Shown piece by piece: positions 8,201 through 18,556 of a stretch of DNA of 64,000 bases (the first letter of the stretch is position 1; each line of letters starts with the position of its first letter). The DNA lies in the NCBI GenBank assembly GCA_028279725.1, contig JANQNE010000012.1, positions 71,348-135,347 of the forward strand. The letters run 5' to 3'. The notes beneath the pieces were generated by a model that was not told where the DNA came from, made no database searches, and saw only the letters and a list, made by a program, of their open reading frames with translations. A program made the position numbers and the translations under genes. This DNA comes from Candidatus Nanoarchaeia archaeon. GTDB taxonomy: Archaea; Nanobdellota; Nanobdellia; Woesearchaeales; JANQNE01.

Positions 8201-11186
8201 TATCTCCTCCAAATCCTGGAGGATCACAGAATCCGCTCATCCATGTGCAGCCAGATGCATTTGTACATGCAGATTCAGTGTTGCTGTCCCAGCAGCTTCC
8301 TGATTCTCCACTCATCATCTTTCCTTCGCACCATCCTCCCTGAGGTGAATGATGGTCTTCTTTCCATATGCACCATTCTGAATTAGATGCATTTTCACAG
8401 ATTGACTGATTGTCATCATACTGCCAGCATGTAAAGCTTACATGATCACAGAATCCTGCATTAGCTCCTTGTGTTGCACACCATGGGTCCTGCTGCCACT
8501 GGCATTCATCTCTATTTGTACAATCTGAATCAGTATTATGCTGCCAGCAATCATACCATGCTACATTAGGGTTTTCTGCAAACCATGAACCATTAGTCTC
8601 ACACCAACCTCCTGATTCCTGGCACCAGTCATCAATTATCCATGTGCAGTTTTGTGATGATAGAGCACTACAGGCAGATTCGTTATCAGCTGAGAAGCAG
8701 GCATTTGCTACTCCTCCCATGTCCCAATCCTGTTCACAGAATCCTCCAAAGCCTGAATGCCATTCACATGTGTTGTTCTGTTCACAATAAGATTGGTTAG
8801 TTCCATCTTTTTTCCAGCAGACTGCACCAGGCATGTCACACCAAGAACCCCAATTCTCATTTATCCATGCGCAGCCTTCACTCTCACAGGAAGTCTGGTC
8901 ATCAAACATAAAACAGTCTTTTCCAAAATCATCAAACATGAATTCTCCGCCGCAGAAAGGATCGCTCCAGCACATTGAATCAGCACAGTCCATCTTGTTA
9001 TCTCCATTGTTGTCTATTCCATCCCAGCAAATCTCCATCTCGCTGGCTCCTGATTTATAGATGCATACTCCATTGCTCCATTCACAAACTGCAGCTGCAC
9101 TGCTGTCTCCCTGCTTTCCTCCTGTGCTCTGACAGACAAATTCTTCATAACATTTATCACATTTATCTTCACATGTCTTCTCCGATTTAGAAGCACACCT
9201 TCCATAAGATTCATCATCAGGATGAGCTGGATCAGCTATCCATTTACATTTTGCATCACTTGCAGCACAGTAATCTGAAGGTCTTTTTCCTGATGCTGCT
9301 GAAGGATCTCCCATATAGGTACAGGCTCCGCAATCAACATCACAGTCTCCTCCAATAAGCCCTTGCTTGAATTCGTCTTTTGGACTGCAGTACCCGTAGC
9401 CATTTGGTGCATTAGAATCTTCTGTAAATCCACATATACCTAATTCAGATTCGATGCAAGCTGTCTTTGCTTTTGCAGAACTGCTCCAGTTTGTCTTGTC
9501 TGATTTGTATTCACAGGCAAAGCATTCTTTGTTACAATTTCTTTCTTCGTCAAACTTGTAATCGCATCTTCCTATAGAAAGCCTTACTGCTGTGCTTGCG
9601 TTATTTGTGCTTGGATAAGTATCTAAGATCCATTTTCCTCCTGCAGCTTCACAGTTCTTCTCATTATCTATCTTCATTATGTTCTTTTCTCCATCTCCGA
9701 AGATATCATCTCCTTTAAACTCACATCTTTCTGTAGAGTTGTCCCACTGACATGGCATGAACCAAGGAGAGCCTGCTATCTGCTCGCAAAGAGTCTGGTC
9801 TGTGTAGGAATTATAGTCTTCACAGTAGTGCGCTCCTTCAGGAGGCTCCTGCATCTGATCCCTGCAGCTCTGGTCAAACCTGTCTGCAACACAAGATCCT
9901 GCCTGCCACTTACAGCATGTACTAAGAGCAGGAATAGAGTTACATACAGACTGATTATTGAATAAAGTACAGTTAAGTTCATTAGTAGGTATTATTGAAG
10001 CATTATTCTCACAACCTGGAGAGTTCCAATAACATCCTGTAGTATTTTCACAGATTGCCTGATCCATATCAAATAAGAAGCATCCTGGATTCCATTCTAC
10101 AAATTCTGTCTCTTTTCCTGCTTCAGGATCATTACAGGTTAATGCGTTATGGTCCCACCAGCAATAGAAAGTGTCCATGCAATCTCTTTCTTCTGTTATA
10201 CTTCCGCAGCTTTTTGCAGTTACGTTTTCATAACACCATCCTCCACTATTATCATATACACAGCTTAGTCCTGGATGAAGGCTTGAATTTTCACAGCCAG
10301 CCTGGTTTCCGTCCCAGTTCCAGCACCACTGTTCTTCACACCATCCTCCATCATGAGTTTCCCATACACATCCTGGAGCATCATTACATGTTGATGAATC
10401 TCCTCCATAGTTCCAGCATCCTTTATCATTACACCAATTTGCATTAGCGTCCCATTCACAGCTTCTGTTTGCTGTGTTGTTTACACAATAGCTTGCATTT
10501 TCTCCGCTAAAGGTTCCGCACCAAGGTTCCATGCAGCTTCCATCCCATGCACAATTATTTGATTGACATGTTGAAATATCATCATAATTCCAGCATCCTC
10601 CTTCCATACATTCTGTTCCCCATTCTCTTACTTCCCATACACATGTCATTCCATTTGATCCTACTTGTGCTTCACATGTTGTTTGATCTGAATCAGAATA
10701 ATCCCAGCATGATTTCTCAAAACAAAGACCCCAATTACATCCTGTAATATTCTCACATGCTGCCTGTGTTGAGTGAGTCCAGCACTGTTTTTCAGGAGGG
10801 CCCATACAAGGATTTCCCCATTCATCAACATCATCATCCCAAGTACATTCTAATCCCCAGGAGTTATTTTCACATGCTGTCTGGTTAGTTCCATCTAGAA
10901 TCCAGCATCCTTGTTCAGCACACCAGCCAGAAGAACCAGATCTCCAAGAACAAGATTTATTTATCGTGTTCATGGAATTGGTGCAGGATCCCTGATCCCA
11001 AAAGTTCCAGCAACCTTTCTCTTCACACCAAGAGCCCCAGGGGTCTTCACGCCACTGGCAGTCTGTCTGTGCTTCGCAGTTAGTCTGGTCATCGTCATAT
11101 TCCCAGCACTGAGCTGCAGATGCAAATTGAGACAGTATAATTAAAGACATAGCTAATAGTATAACTCTTGGTATAATCTTGTTCAT
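5283..11186 (-). CDS. Giant Cys/Trp-rich cell-surface protein with FN3-like and PGF-pre-PGF domains and a C-terminal TM anchor
   Basis: Signal peptide. Dozens of C-W..C..C-W..GWC repeats. EICWDGIDNNGDNKMDCAD motif, YYYRLAVCD (FN3-like), ETPGFSFFAV, C-terminal TM plus KKKKK, many NxS/T sequons. Confidence 0.9.
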   Translation of the reverse strand: MNKIIPRVILLAMSLIILSQFASAAQCWEYDDDQTNCEAQTDCQWREDPWGSWCEEKGCWNFWDQGSCTNSMNTINKSCSWRSGSSGWCAEQGCWILDGTNQTACENNSWGLECTWDDDVDEWGNPCMGPPEKQCWTHSTQAACENITGCNWGLCFEKSCWDYSDSDQTTCEAQVGSNGMTCVWEVREWGTECMEGGCWNYDDISTCQSNNCAWDGSCMEPWCGTFSGENASYCVNNTANRSCEWDANANWCNDKGCWNYGGDSSTCNDAPGCVWETHDGGWCEEQWCWNWDGNQAGCENSSLHPGLSCVYDNSGGWCYENVTAKSCGSITEERDCMDTFYCWWDHNALTCNDPEAGKETEFVEWNPGCFLFDMDQAICENTTGCYWNSPGCENNASIIPTNELNCTLFNNQSVCNSIPALSTCCKWQAGSCVADRFDQSCRDQMQEPPEGAHYCEDYNSYTDQTLCEQIAGSPWFMPCQWDNSTERCEFKGDDIFGDGEKNIMKIDNEKNCEAAGGKWILDTYPSTNNASTAVRLSIGRCDYKFDEERNCNKECFACEYKSDKTNWSSSAKAKTACIESELGICGFTEDSNAPNGYGYCSPKDEFKQGLIGGDCDVDCGACTYMGDPSAASGKRPSDYCAASDAKCKWIADPAHPDDESYGRCASKSEKTCEDKCDKCYEEFVCQSTGGKQGDSSAAAVCEWSNGVCIYKSGASEMEICWDGIDNNGDNKMDCADSMCWSDPFCGGEFMFDDFGKDCFMFDDQTSCESEGCAWINENWGSWCDMPGAVCWKKDGTNQSYCEQNNTCEWHSGFGGFCEQDWDMGGVANACFSADNESACSALSSQNCTWIIDDWCQESGGWCETNGSWFAENPNVAWYDCWQHNTDSDCTNRDECQWQQDPWCATQGANAGFCDHVSFTCWQYDDNQSICENASNSEWCIWKEDHHSPQGGWCEGKMMSGESGSCWDSNTESACTNASGCTWMSGFCDPPGFGGDMMPGMSGGGPDDMGMGGFGMQCFQYDGAQSACENQTGCGWFNEPHPFCDINFENSCPQYTYNQSLCETIPSCMWNSQMNFCDEKPFECFWNQTLKNNFTLCDAHPLCFNNNNDCQPIGFNATTEQQCNNYNSTFFRWVTGWCNPAMAAEFFKGIDMGAPPTPLGTDPDDTAIEDEVDITGFGMKDMGEAYGFGITVDDPTNSAGCNDIKMMNGMGTGTNRTKFYWYLDTDGNTTNNCALNQNSSETGYEFYIKNEWSYDTTSGSVTESPAVYRCSEGSWILAEIRVSSERHLMCDLVGGAMVAIDKGELEKFPSLYTSGVDLRVSVASADKNHNITTPSDEASPGWVTPGSQDFEIPDLYSYETDWTKKAKKEGSDKGFIDYGEDADCWTSEGCEDYSCKGHPYCVENSLGVEAAGYTDTRIPKVIGVIKETYPDSAFLAYFTDKPANGTLMFYNNDSTCSQAGLTDTIYDIGILSNNSRNHKLWHIAEIYNDNGVESLNTSLSTSTTYYYRLAVCDDNGKCGTSKCSNFTTPDSLDDCSFCKYVSRIKAPTGWDVYYDIDQDGTYEHHQGGILNNSKDGMFTNYTIGRKANILMNTTDGTAHLEFLNVTLTKTGMSPKIRDIESSGALKEGTTTTSAGATIGYVGMIDETRDKIINNLYPRTCRVKIPGTGTCSALWHCDSEGDNCVDRTSEATLINTTSSACIWQIPYCEFSIWAGGQPGTVATPSSPGGGSSSPSSGGGIASGATQSIKAAHYFNIITVGEETTMKVNSENMAITKNTFKLNKQAQKATVTIRKVENKTELPKELENAYEYMEITLDNILSEDVDGATLEFKVSNTWLTQNNIESISLMRYTGSWTELPTQLISSDENYSHYRSETPGFSFFAVVGKASPQERSTQQIAEETTETVQVAEEIQQPQAEETAGETVTPLLQTPEQPSGSKAKTWIISIAIIALTISLITIITGIVKKKKK

Positions 11187-11302
11187 TTTTCACTCCTCCT
11201 CACAGTTGATAATCAAAACAAGGTTAACAAAAACCAGATCATATAATATCTTTTTTTTATCAGAAATTAATGTTAATCCTTTTTTTATCTTAAAGGAGAT
11301 GA

Positions 11303-12079
11303 TCATTCAAAATTTATCTCTTTTGCTCTTCCAAATTCTGATATGAAGAAATTGTCGATAAATCTTGTGAATGATGGGCTTAATGCATAGATGCCAAGGT
11401 CTTTTCCATAGATTATATTATCATCATCCGGAGATGGATCTATGACCATGCATTCTTTTCCATCTATGGAGATGAAATTGTTCCTGGAGCTTTTTATAGA
11501 CCTTGGTAAGTGTGCTTTTAGGGACCTTATCTCGTTCTTGTTTTCGTTGTTTTTTGCTCCTGCGACATGTATCTTTACTCCTTTCTCAGATGCCTTTTTT
11601 AGAGATTCCTTATGCAATATGAGCCTTGATAATGAGTTTGCAGAGCATTGGATATGGATGTTATGTTCTGCTTTCTGTATCAGTTCGTCTGTCTTCTTAA
11701 CTACATTTGACCTTCCGTTTATGACTGAGAATATGCTTTTTGGCTGTGTAAACTTTTTGTTCTCTGCAAAAGGCCCAAGATGTTCTGTTATGTCTTTTTC
11801 AATTTTATTGAATTTATCTTCCATATCTTTTTTTGCTGAGGTTATTGCCTGTTTTGGAGATACTGCCTTGTATTTCATCGGCTTTGAGGGAAGGACCATG
11901 GAGAAGCCTTTATTTGATAAAGACATCATTATCTCATAAACCTTTCCATAAGGTATTCCAGTTATATCTGATATGTTCTTTGCTGTAGAAACACCTTCAC
12001 TGATCAAAGTGAGGTATACTTTTGTCTCGTATTTGCTCAACCCCAATGATGAAAGAGATTGAAATGTGTCTTTTGGCAT
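11303..12079 (-). CDS. TrmB-family transcriptional regulator
   Basis: LGLSKYETKVYLTL...GIPYGKVYE HTH plus PLD-like effector domain (FISIDGKE). Confidence 0.92.
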   Translation of the reverse strand: MPKDTFQSLSSLGLSKYETKVYLTLISEGVSTAKNISDITGIPYGKVYEIMMSLSNKGFSMVLPSKPMKYKAVSPKQAITSAKKDMEDKFNKIEKDITEHLGPFAENKKFTQPKSIFSVINGRSNVVKKTDELIQKAEHNIHIQCSANSLSRLILHKESLKKASEKGVKIHVAGAKNNENKNEIRSLKAHLPRSIKSSRNNFISIDGKECMVIDPSPDDDNIIYGKDLGIYALSPSFTRFIDNFFISEFGRAKEINFE

Positions 12080-12138
12080 GGAATCTGGAGAATAAGCAAG
12101 ATATATATCTCTTCTTTATATAAAAAAACCAAAATATG

Positions 12139-12936
12139 TTATTTACTCTGTACAAGGGGGAAAATAGGTTTTGTCCTCTTGAAGTTTGAGATGAAGAACT
12201 CATCCATGAACTTTGTAAATGATGCAGAGGAGACCCACATACCAAGATCTCTTCCATATATCAGGTTGTCATCGTCAGGGATCGGTTCTATTATCAGGCA
12301 TTCGCTGTTGTCTATAGAGATAAAGTTATTCTCTGAGTTCTTTGTTTTTCTTATGTCGCAGAAATCCAGCGCTTTTATCTCATCCATCATATCTTTGTCC
12401 ATCACTCCTGCTATCGAGATATCGATACCTTTTTCTTTTGCCTGTTTCAGCAGTTCTTTATGAAGTATGAGTCTTGAAAGGCTTCTTGGAGAGCAGTGGA
12501 TATTGATATTGTTTTCAGCCTTTTGGATTAATTCATCTATCTTTTTTACGACATTAGATCTTCCGTTAATCACCCAGAAAACCCCTTTTGGCTCTATGAA
12601 TTTCTTGCTCTCCGTAAACATAGGCTCAAGCTCATCTAAGATATGTTTCTCTAATTTTTCGTATTTTTCTTCTGTTCTCTTCTTGGTCTCAACTATAGCC
12701 TGTTTTGGTGATGTTGCCCTGCATTTCATAGGCTTTGAGGGAAGGATCGTGCAGAAACCTTTTGATGAAAGTGAGTTTATAATCTCATATACTTTTCCGT
12801 AAGGAACTCCTGTTATGTCTGATACATTCTTTGCTGTGGAGATCCCCTCTCCTATCAATGTAAGATATACTTTTGCTTCATATTTGTTTAACCCCAATTC
12901 AAGTAAAGGAGTTATTATATTTTTTGTTGATAACAT
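12139..12936 (-). CDS. TrmB-family transcriptional regulator (tandem paralog)
   Basis: LGLNKYEAKVYLTL...GVPYGKVYE. Start moved to the ATG at 12936 (MLSTK) by alignment with the paralog. Confidence 0.92.
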   Translation of the reverse strand: MLSTKNIITPLLELGLNKYEAKVYLTLIGEGISTAKNVSDITGVPYGKVYEIINSLSSKGFCTILPSKPMKCRATSPKQAIVETKKRTEEKYEKLEKHILDELEPMFTESKKFIEPKGVFWVINGRSNVVKKIDELIQKAENNINIHCSPRSLSRLILHKELLKQAKEKGIDISIAGVMDKDMMDEIKALDFCDIRKTKNSENNFISIDNSECLIIEPIPDDDNLIYGRDLGMWVSSASFTKFMDEFFISNFKRTKPIFPLVQSK

Positions 12937-13164
12937 TTTATATACCACCCGGAAACGTTTTTGTTTTCTTGGAAAATAGGTGAACAATATATCTCTTTTT
13001 AGCATATTATTAGAGAATGGTTATACATCCTCCTGCGAGTAGAGAATTGGATATATAAATAAAATATATATCTTTTCTTTAGAGTTTATATTCTAATATA
13101 AATGATATATATTAGTTTATATTACCAAAGATTTATATACTAAAATATTTCCCTTTTATATAAG

Positions 13165-14070
13165 ATGAGACGTAAGATCATTCAAATAGGGGATTTCACA
13201 AAATCCATTACCCTGCCAAAAGGATGGGTAACCAAACTAAATATACAAAAAGGAGATGAAGTGATACTTGAAGAAGAAGGAAATAAGCTAGTGATCAGCC
13301 CAACAAGCATCTCTCCTCTGAAGAAAAAGGCAAGCTTAGACTTAAGTAAAAAATACGAATATAATATAAGGCTAACAAAAACCATGTACAGGTGCGGGTA
13401 CGATGAAGTGGCTGTCCAGTTTGATGATGCAGACATGATAAATAAGATCCAAAATGTCCTGTCAGAACAGCTTGTAGGATTTGAGATAATCGATCAAGAA
13501 GAAAAAAGATGTGTAGTAAAAGATATAGTCGGTGAATCTGAATCAGATATAAACACGATCCTTAGGAGATTATTCCTTTTAACACTTTCAATGGGTAAGG
13601 AAAGCTATGATGCAATATCCAGCAATGACCTAAAACGCTTAAATGAGATTCAAGCGATGGAAAGGATGAACAACAAGCTTTGCAACCTTTGTGAAAGGAT
13701 ACTAAACAAGAAGGGTTATGAAAAAGAACCAATAAAGATGCTCTTTATCCATGCACTTACAAAAGAATTAGAGCAGATAGCAGATAATTATAGAGACTTA
13801 TGCAAGTACCTGCTGACCAGAGAAAAAGTAAAAGTCTCAGAAGACATATTAAAAACATATAAGGAAGCTAATGAATTGTTCAATGAAGCGTACAAACTAT
13901 TCTATAACATAGACTATGCTTTTCTGTCTAAGCACAAGAATAAAAAATGGATACTAAAAAAGAAAGCATATGACTTACTCTCTAAGAAAAAAGGTGATGA
14001 CCAGATCATCCTTCACCATATTATCATACTAATCCTTAAGACAATCCATCTAGATGAGTCAATAATCTAA
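13165..14070 (+). CDS. AbrB/PhoU-domain regulator (archaeal phosphate-uptake regulator family)
   Basis: RKIIQIG...ITLPKGWV AbrB N-terminus; GFEII, LRRLFL, ELEQIAD PhoU-like helices. Confidence 0.88.
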   Translation: MRRKIIQIGDFTKSITLPKGWVTKLNIQKGDEVILEEEGNKLVISPTSISPLKKKASLDLSKKYEYNIRLTKTMYRCGYDEVAVQFDDADMINKIQNVLSEQLVGFEIIDQEEKRCVVKDIVGESESDINTILRRLFLLTLSMGKESYDAISSNDLKRLNEIQAMERMNNKLCNLCERILNKKGYEKEPIKMLFIHALTKELEQIADNYRDLCKYLLTREKVKVSEDILKTYKEANELFNEAYKLFYNIDYAFLSKHKNKKWILKKKAYDLLSKKKGDDQIILHHIIILILKTIHLDESII

Positions 14071-15009
14071 TAGCTTGTCCATCTGAAAATCTTCTTTGCA
14101 TATCCCATGGTGGTCAGATCCCCTAGTCAGCAATTGCAGGCCAGTTAAAATATCATAGATTAACTTTTTATGCCTTTCTATCTTTTTATTAGAAGTTTTT
14201 GCTTTTAATTCCTCAAAGAAATCGTATGAAAACTCTTTTTTGTGCCATAACGAGACCACCTCAACACCATCCAGCCCATTATCATTACATACATCAAACA
14301 TCTCTGCCAAAGATCCCCAATTTTCTTCTTCACTGTTCTCTGAATTATAAAATATAAAACCAGGATGTGCAATAACTGCTTTTCCTCCTGCTCCTTGGAC
14401 AAGTTTGATTGCATCTAAAGTACCCATATGCCTAAAGTCTGACCTGACCTTTATGATCGGAGTGTCCACTCCTGTGTACTTTTTGTCTCCGCATTCACAA
14501 ACAGCCTCTTCAAAATCTATGCCATGAACAATATGCCTTGCCATTGCAATATCTTTTGTGCCAACATATGCTTTCTCATAATGATTAATTCCTCTGTAAG
14601 ATCCAACTCTGATCTCTTCAAAAGAAGGCATCTTTATGCCTAATACTTCATATTTCCTTAGTACTTCTTTTGCTATCCTATTTTTTTCTTCTATTGCTGG
14701 CTGAAGTGCATTTTTTAGTTTTTTATCATATACATCTAACCCATAACCTAAAAGATGGAAATTTTCATCTCTAAAGCTGGTCCATATCTCAACACCTTGT
14801 TCCACTATGATATCTTTTTTATTTAGTTTTTTGATCCTTTCAGGGTCATGAAAAGAATTATGGTCAGTGATTATCACTTTCTTTAGTCTGTTCTTTTTTG
14901 CCTGCTCTACTACTTCTTCTATAGGCTGGCATCCATCAGTAAGAGAAGTGTGAAGATGACAATCTACCTTATTGTCCTTATATGTCTTATTATCTATTTG
15001 ATAGATCAT
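14059..15009 (-). CDS. PHP-domain phosphoesterase
   Basis: DCHLHTSLTDG, ITDHN, GVE, HLLGY, AHP, GSDHHG. Confidence 0.92.
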   Translation of the reverse strand: MIYQIDNKTYKDNKVDCHLHTSLTDGCQPIEEVVEQAKKNRLKKVIITDHNSFHDPERIKKLNKKDIIVEQGVEIWTSFRDENFHLLGYGLDVYDKKLKNALQPAIEEKNRIAKEVLRKYEVLGIKMPSFEEIRVGSYRGINHYEKAYVGTKDIAMARHIVHGIDFEEAVCECGDKKYTGVDTPIIKVRSDFRHMGTLDAIKLVQGAGGKAVIAHPGFIFYNSENSEEENWGSLAEMFDVCNDNGLDGVEVVSLWHKKEFSYDFFEELKAKTSNKKIERHKKLIYDILTGLQLLTRGSDHHGICKEDFQMDKLLDY

Positions 15010-17311
15010 GCTTTATACCTTCCATCCTGTTTTCCAAATGATTCCACCTCTCTAAGACGTCCTTTTCTTCTTCCTTAAAATACTTTTCCCTATATTTTTT
15101 AAACCTGTCTCCTTTCAGCTCATGGATTGCATTGATCCCATCATCAAGCCATCTGTTAGTGTCTGGATTTGCAGGATCAAAGTTTGCTTTGGTCAGCTTC
15201 GATAGCGACTGAGTGAAGAATTTTTCAGCATAACTCACGAATAAAGCTTCATCCTTGTCATGTATTTTTCCTTCTATGAGCTTAAGACAATATTCTTGTT
15301 TTTCTGAAAGATCTCCTTTATCCCTAATCAAGCCAACATATTCCCAGACTGTCAGGTTATTCTTATCTTCCTTGCTTATAGACCCTTTTATCTCCTCTAT
15401 CGTAAGTTCATCAAAAGCCTCACATCCTGTGACAGCACTATATATCCTGATACCTGCATCGACCATCTCTTTTACATCAGTTAATTCCATGCTCTTTTCT
15501 CTATAAGATACATCTCTTTCCCTATTATATGCATCAACAAGCTCGCTAACACACATCTCCTCAAAAACCCTGCTTTGCTCATAAGCATCACATAATCTCT
15601 GATCTCCAAGTGACTTAACCAAGACCGCAAAAGGTGATGTTATCCTTGGCATATCAATATCTATAGGTTTGTATTTGAGCTTTTCCGTCTTAGAACTTCT
15701 CCCTTCTGGAACAAGGGTGTTTTTCAAATCAGAATCCTTAAATACCGCCTTATGAGGATATTGTGCAAGTATATGCAGAATATCTCCTGATTCTTCTATT
15801 ACCTGTTCTGATTCAACACTTCCTTTTTTATATCTTGACCTTAAGAAACTTTTGTAATCCTGTTCAGTCAATAACATGTTTTCTTCTCTTACTGTATGAA
15901 ATGGAGCGATTGCCTGCCAAAAACCGATCAAGTTGACCAAAGGATGGATCAGTTCAAATCTTTCCCTGCCAAGTTTTGCCTCTTTTACTATGTCAAGCAA
16001 TGTCCTGCTTGGTGTCTCTTTTCCTTCCTCTTTTATTTCACCCATCAAAAGAGCCCCTTTCCCCGCTCCCCCGCCGATCAATGAATCAGGAGCAATAGAA
16101 AACTTATACACTGGGAAAAAGTCCTTGTAATACTTATTTAGAAAATTTATCATCTTAGTCTCATTCTCATATCTCTGTTCTTCCTTGTAAACCTTTAGCA
16201 ACAGCCCTTCCTCTCCGGGCAGCAACTGATCTTCACCCATCCTAACCACTGTGTTAGAGCTTTTTGGAAAACCTTCAAAAGACTTAAGCTCTGGACCTTC
16301 AAGCTTTAATATTGTAGCGATAGCAATACCATCCTGCCGAACTGTATCCATATCAAATGAACTGCTCCCAGACTCTGCCTGATCCTGAAATGCATCCCTA
16401 AAAGAATTCAAAGCTGACTTCAAGCTACGTGTTGCTTCTGCATACGCCCCAATACTACAAAGACCACTATACTGATTAAAATGCCTATAACCCTCAGCCA
16501 ATCTCAACTCCTTCTTCTCCTTTTTTGTCTGTTTAAGAAGCTCTGACTGAGCTTTTTCTAAAGCTTCATTTTTTGAATATAATTCCTCTATTGTACGAGC
16601 ATAACCAGACATAGTTTCCTCCAACTCCTCACCCGTTACACTACCACAAAGAACATAATCTATATCATACACAGTATGAGATCTATTCTTCAACATAGAT
16701 TCAGTCTCAATAACCTTGGCAAAGTCTGCATCACTTTTACATATTGTTGGAACTGTTATTAAAACAGCCTTACTTAGTTCGCAAAAACCCTCCCTAATGT
16801 CTTCCACCACCCCAGGATTACAATTATACCTGATTATCCTCCCATAATCTCTTTTTTTAACTATTAAAGGATCAATCGTATTATCAGTAAACCTTGAGAA
16901 AACAGGGATATTATCATAAATACCTCCAGGATCCCTTGATAATCTACTTTTCATCGCACTAAATATCTTTGACCTAGTTTTCTTATAACTAAGCATTTTC
17001 CCTAGAAGGAATAAGTTCTCTTCAGTTGTTTTTTGATGTATCTTTAATGCTAAATTAAGAAAAAAGTTAAGATCACCACTCACCGCCTTCATCTTCTCCA
17101 AAAATTCTTGAAAGAAATAAAAGTTTACCTTATGATGACACTTCCCGTTTATATGTGAAATTGCTTTTTTTACATCTTTTACTCCGCAAGAACGTACCAC
17201 ATCTTCAATTATAGATTCTTTAATATTTCTATCTTTTGCATACCTAAAAAAAGGTCTTGTGAATATCACACTAACCCAATATTTCTCATCCAAATAATCC
17301 TCTAAAGCCAT
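14990..17311 (-). CDS. Multidomain protein: V4R/H-NOX-like sensor, coiled coil, APH/choline-kinase-like domain
   Basis: N-terminal FCELSKAVL..VPTI..AKVIETESM...TVYDIDY. Kinase-like SSNTV, LLLKVY..E..NE, LLMGEI, FKDSDLKN, IDID. Confidence 0.55.
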   Translation of the reverse strand: MALEDYLDEKYWVSVIFTRPFFRYAKDRNIKESIIEDVVRSCGVKDVKKAISHINGKCHHKVNFYFFQEFLEKMKAVSGDLNFFLNLALKIHQKTTEENLFLLGKMLSYKKTRSKIFSAMKSRLSRDPGGIYDNIPVFSRFTDNTIDPLIVKKRDYGRIIRYNCNPGVVEDIREGFCELSKAVLITVPTICKSDADFAKVIETESMLKNRSHTVYDIDYVLCGSVTGEELEETMSGYARTIEELYSKNEALEKAQSELLKQTKKEKKELRLAEGYRHFNQYSGLCSIGAYAEATRSLKSALNSFRDAFQDQAESGSSSFDMDTVRQDGIAIATILKLEGPELKSFEGFPKSSNTVVRMGEDQLLPGEEGLLLKVYKEEQRYENETKMINFLNKYYKDFFPVYKFSIAPDSLIGGGAGKGALLMGEIKEEGKETPSRTLLDIVKEAKLGRERFELIHPLVNLIGFWQAIAPFHTVREENMLLTEQDYKSFLRSRYKKGSVESEQVIEESGDILHILAQYPHKAVFKDSDLKNTLVPEGRSSKTEKLKYKPIDIDMPRITSPFAVLVKSLGDQRLCDAYEQSRVFEEMCVSELVDAYNRERDVSYREKSMELTDVKEMVDAGIRIYSAVTGCEAFDELTIEEIKGSISKEDKNNLTVWEYVGLIRDKGDLSEKQEYCLKLIEGKIHDKDEALFVSYAEKFFTQSLSKLTKANFDPANPDTNRWLDDGINAIHELKGDRFKKYREKYFKEEEKDVLERWNHLENRMEGIKHDLSNR

Positions 17312-17352
17312 TTTTTATAAAGGTCTTATTATTCAAATAATCCTTAAGTAAT

Positions 17353-18555
17353 TCAAGTAAAGATTATTAAAAAAGTCTCTTTTAATATATATAAAAGAGT
17401 TCTTATCTTAAGCTTTTTGGTGAGCAGAAATAATTTTCCTGAGGCAGCCATCTTTAGCATACTTTCCAGTATTTGCCCTTTTGTGAAATCCATCCTGGTC
17501 TTTCTTTCAAGCCATTCATCATCTTCTTTAAAAGTACCTAGAACTTTACTAAAAGCAACATCATCTAGTTCATGATGCACTCTTTCTATTATCTTAGCAA
17601 AATGGTAGTTCATTGTATATTTCTTCTTCCATCTTTTATGATAATCCTTTAAGATTCTTTTACTGAAATCATTTTTCTTAAAAGCCTTTATTACTGTATC
17701 TTTTATTAGTCTTCCATCGTCAATCGCGTTTATCAACCCATAACCAGCATCAGGAGAAGCATGAGATGCTGCATTACCTATCCTCAATATGTTATCATCA
17801 TAAGGTATTTCAAAATTATTCATTGCGATTGTTCCGCTTCTTTTCTTGATAATCCTTCTGACTTTAACCTTTTTTATCCTGATATATTTCTCCAGATACT
17901 GATCTAACAAATCCCATTTGACTAGTTCCTTTGTAAAATACATAAGACCAACACTATATTTTTTCTTTGTTATCTTATCTATCCAGAAGTTTACTCTGAT
18001 ATCTGCTGGGAATGGAAAATCCCATAGTATCTCATCAAATTCATTTGCGCTTTCTATTTCATATGCTAGGCACTGCCAGACAAATATTCTATTCTGAAGT
18101 CCAAAAGCAGTATTTGTTGGACTTTTATAGCCTGCCGCATCGATCAATAATTTAGCAGAGAAATCCCCTTTGTTTGTTTTTATTGTGATACCTTCTTTTT
18201 TTGGTAACCAACTAAACGCAATAAATTCGCAGTATTCAATCATCTTGCAGTTCTTTTTGTTTACATTGCCTTTTAATAGTGAAAGTAATTTGTTCTGGTC
18301 AAAAACCCCCATTTTAAACTTTTTTGCACTTGTTCCGACAAGATATGCACTAAAATATACTTCATCGACAAATGTTGAAACAGCAGACTCCAATTTATTT
18401 TGTTTGATATCATCTGCAAAACAAGCCCAAGTATTCTTTGTTTGCCCTATTTTGTCTTTTTCTATCAAAAGAACTTTAAATCCATGATTACTAAGTTCTG
18501 CTGCTGCACTAAGTCCTGCAGGTCCTGCTCCGGCAACTATCACGTCATAGTTCAT
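17353..18555 (-). CDS. FAD-dependent oxidoreductase, geranylgeranyl reductase/lycopene cyclase family
   Basis: YDVIVAGAGPAG, IDAAG, RIGNAA..SPDAGYG. Confidence 0.88.
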   Translation of the reverse strand: MNYDVIVAGAGPAGLSAAAELSNHGFKVLLIEKDKIGQTKNTWACFADDIKQNKLESAVSTFVDEVYFSAYLVGTSAKKFKMGVFDQNKLLSLLKGNVNKKNCKMIEYCEFIAFSWLPKKEGITIKTNKGDFSAKLLIDAAGYKSPTNTAFGLQNRIFVWQCLAYEIESANEFDEILWDFPFPADIRVNFWIDKITKKKYSVGLMYFTKELVKWDLLDQYLEKYIRIKKVKVRRIIKKRSGTIAMNNFEIPYDDNILRIGNAASHASPDAGYGLINAIDDGRLIKDTVIKAFKKNDFSKRILKDYHKRWKKKYTMNYHFAKIIERVHHELDDVAFSKVLGTFKEDDEWLERKTRMDFTKGQILESMLKMAASGKLFLLTKKLKIRTLLYILKETFLIIFT

Positions 18556-18556
18556 T

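Noticed and set aside
7800-11100. Possible CRISPR array or DGR variable repeats in the Cys-rich region
   Set aside because: Repeats are at protein level and degenerate in DNA. No constant repeat-spacer pattern, cas gene or reverse transcriptase is present.
12080-13164. ATATATATCT-like motifs near the trmB and abrB/phoU starts as TrmB operators
   Set aside because: Cannot be distinguished from TATA boxes or low-complexity AT sequence without statistics.
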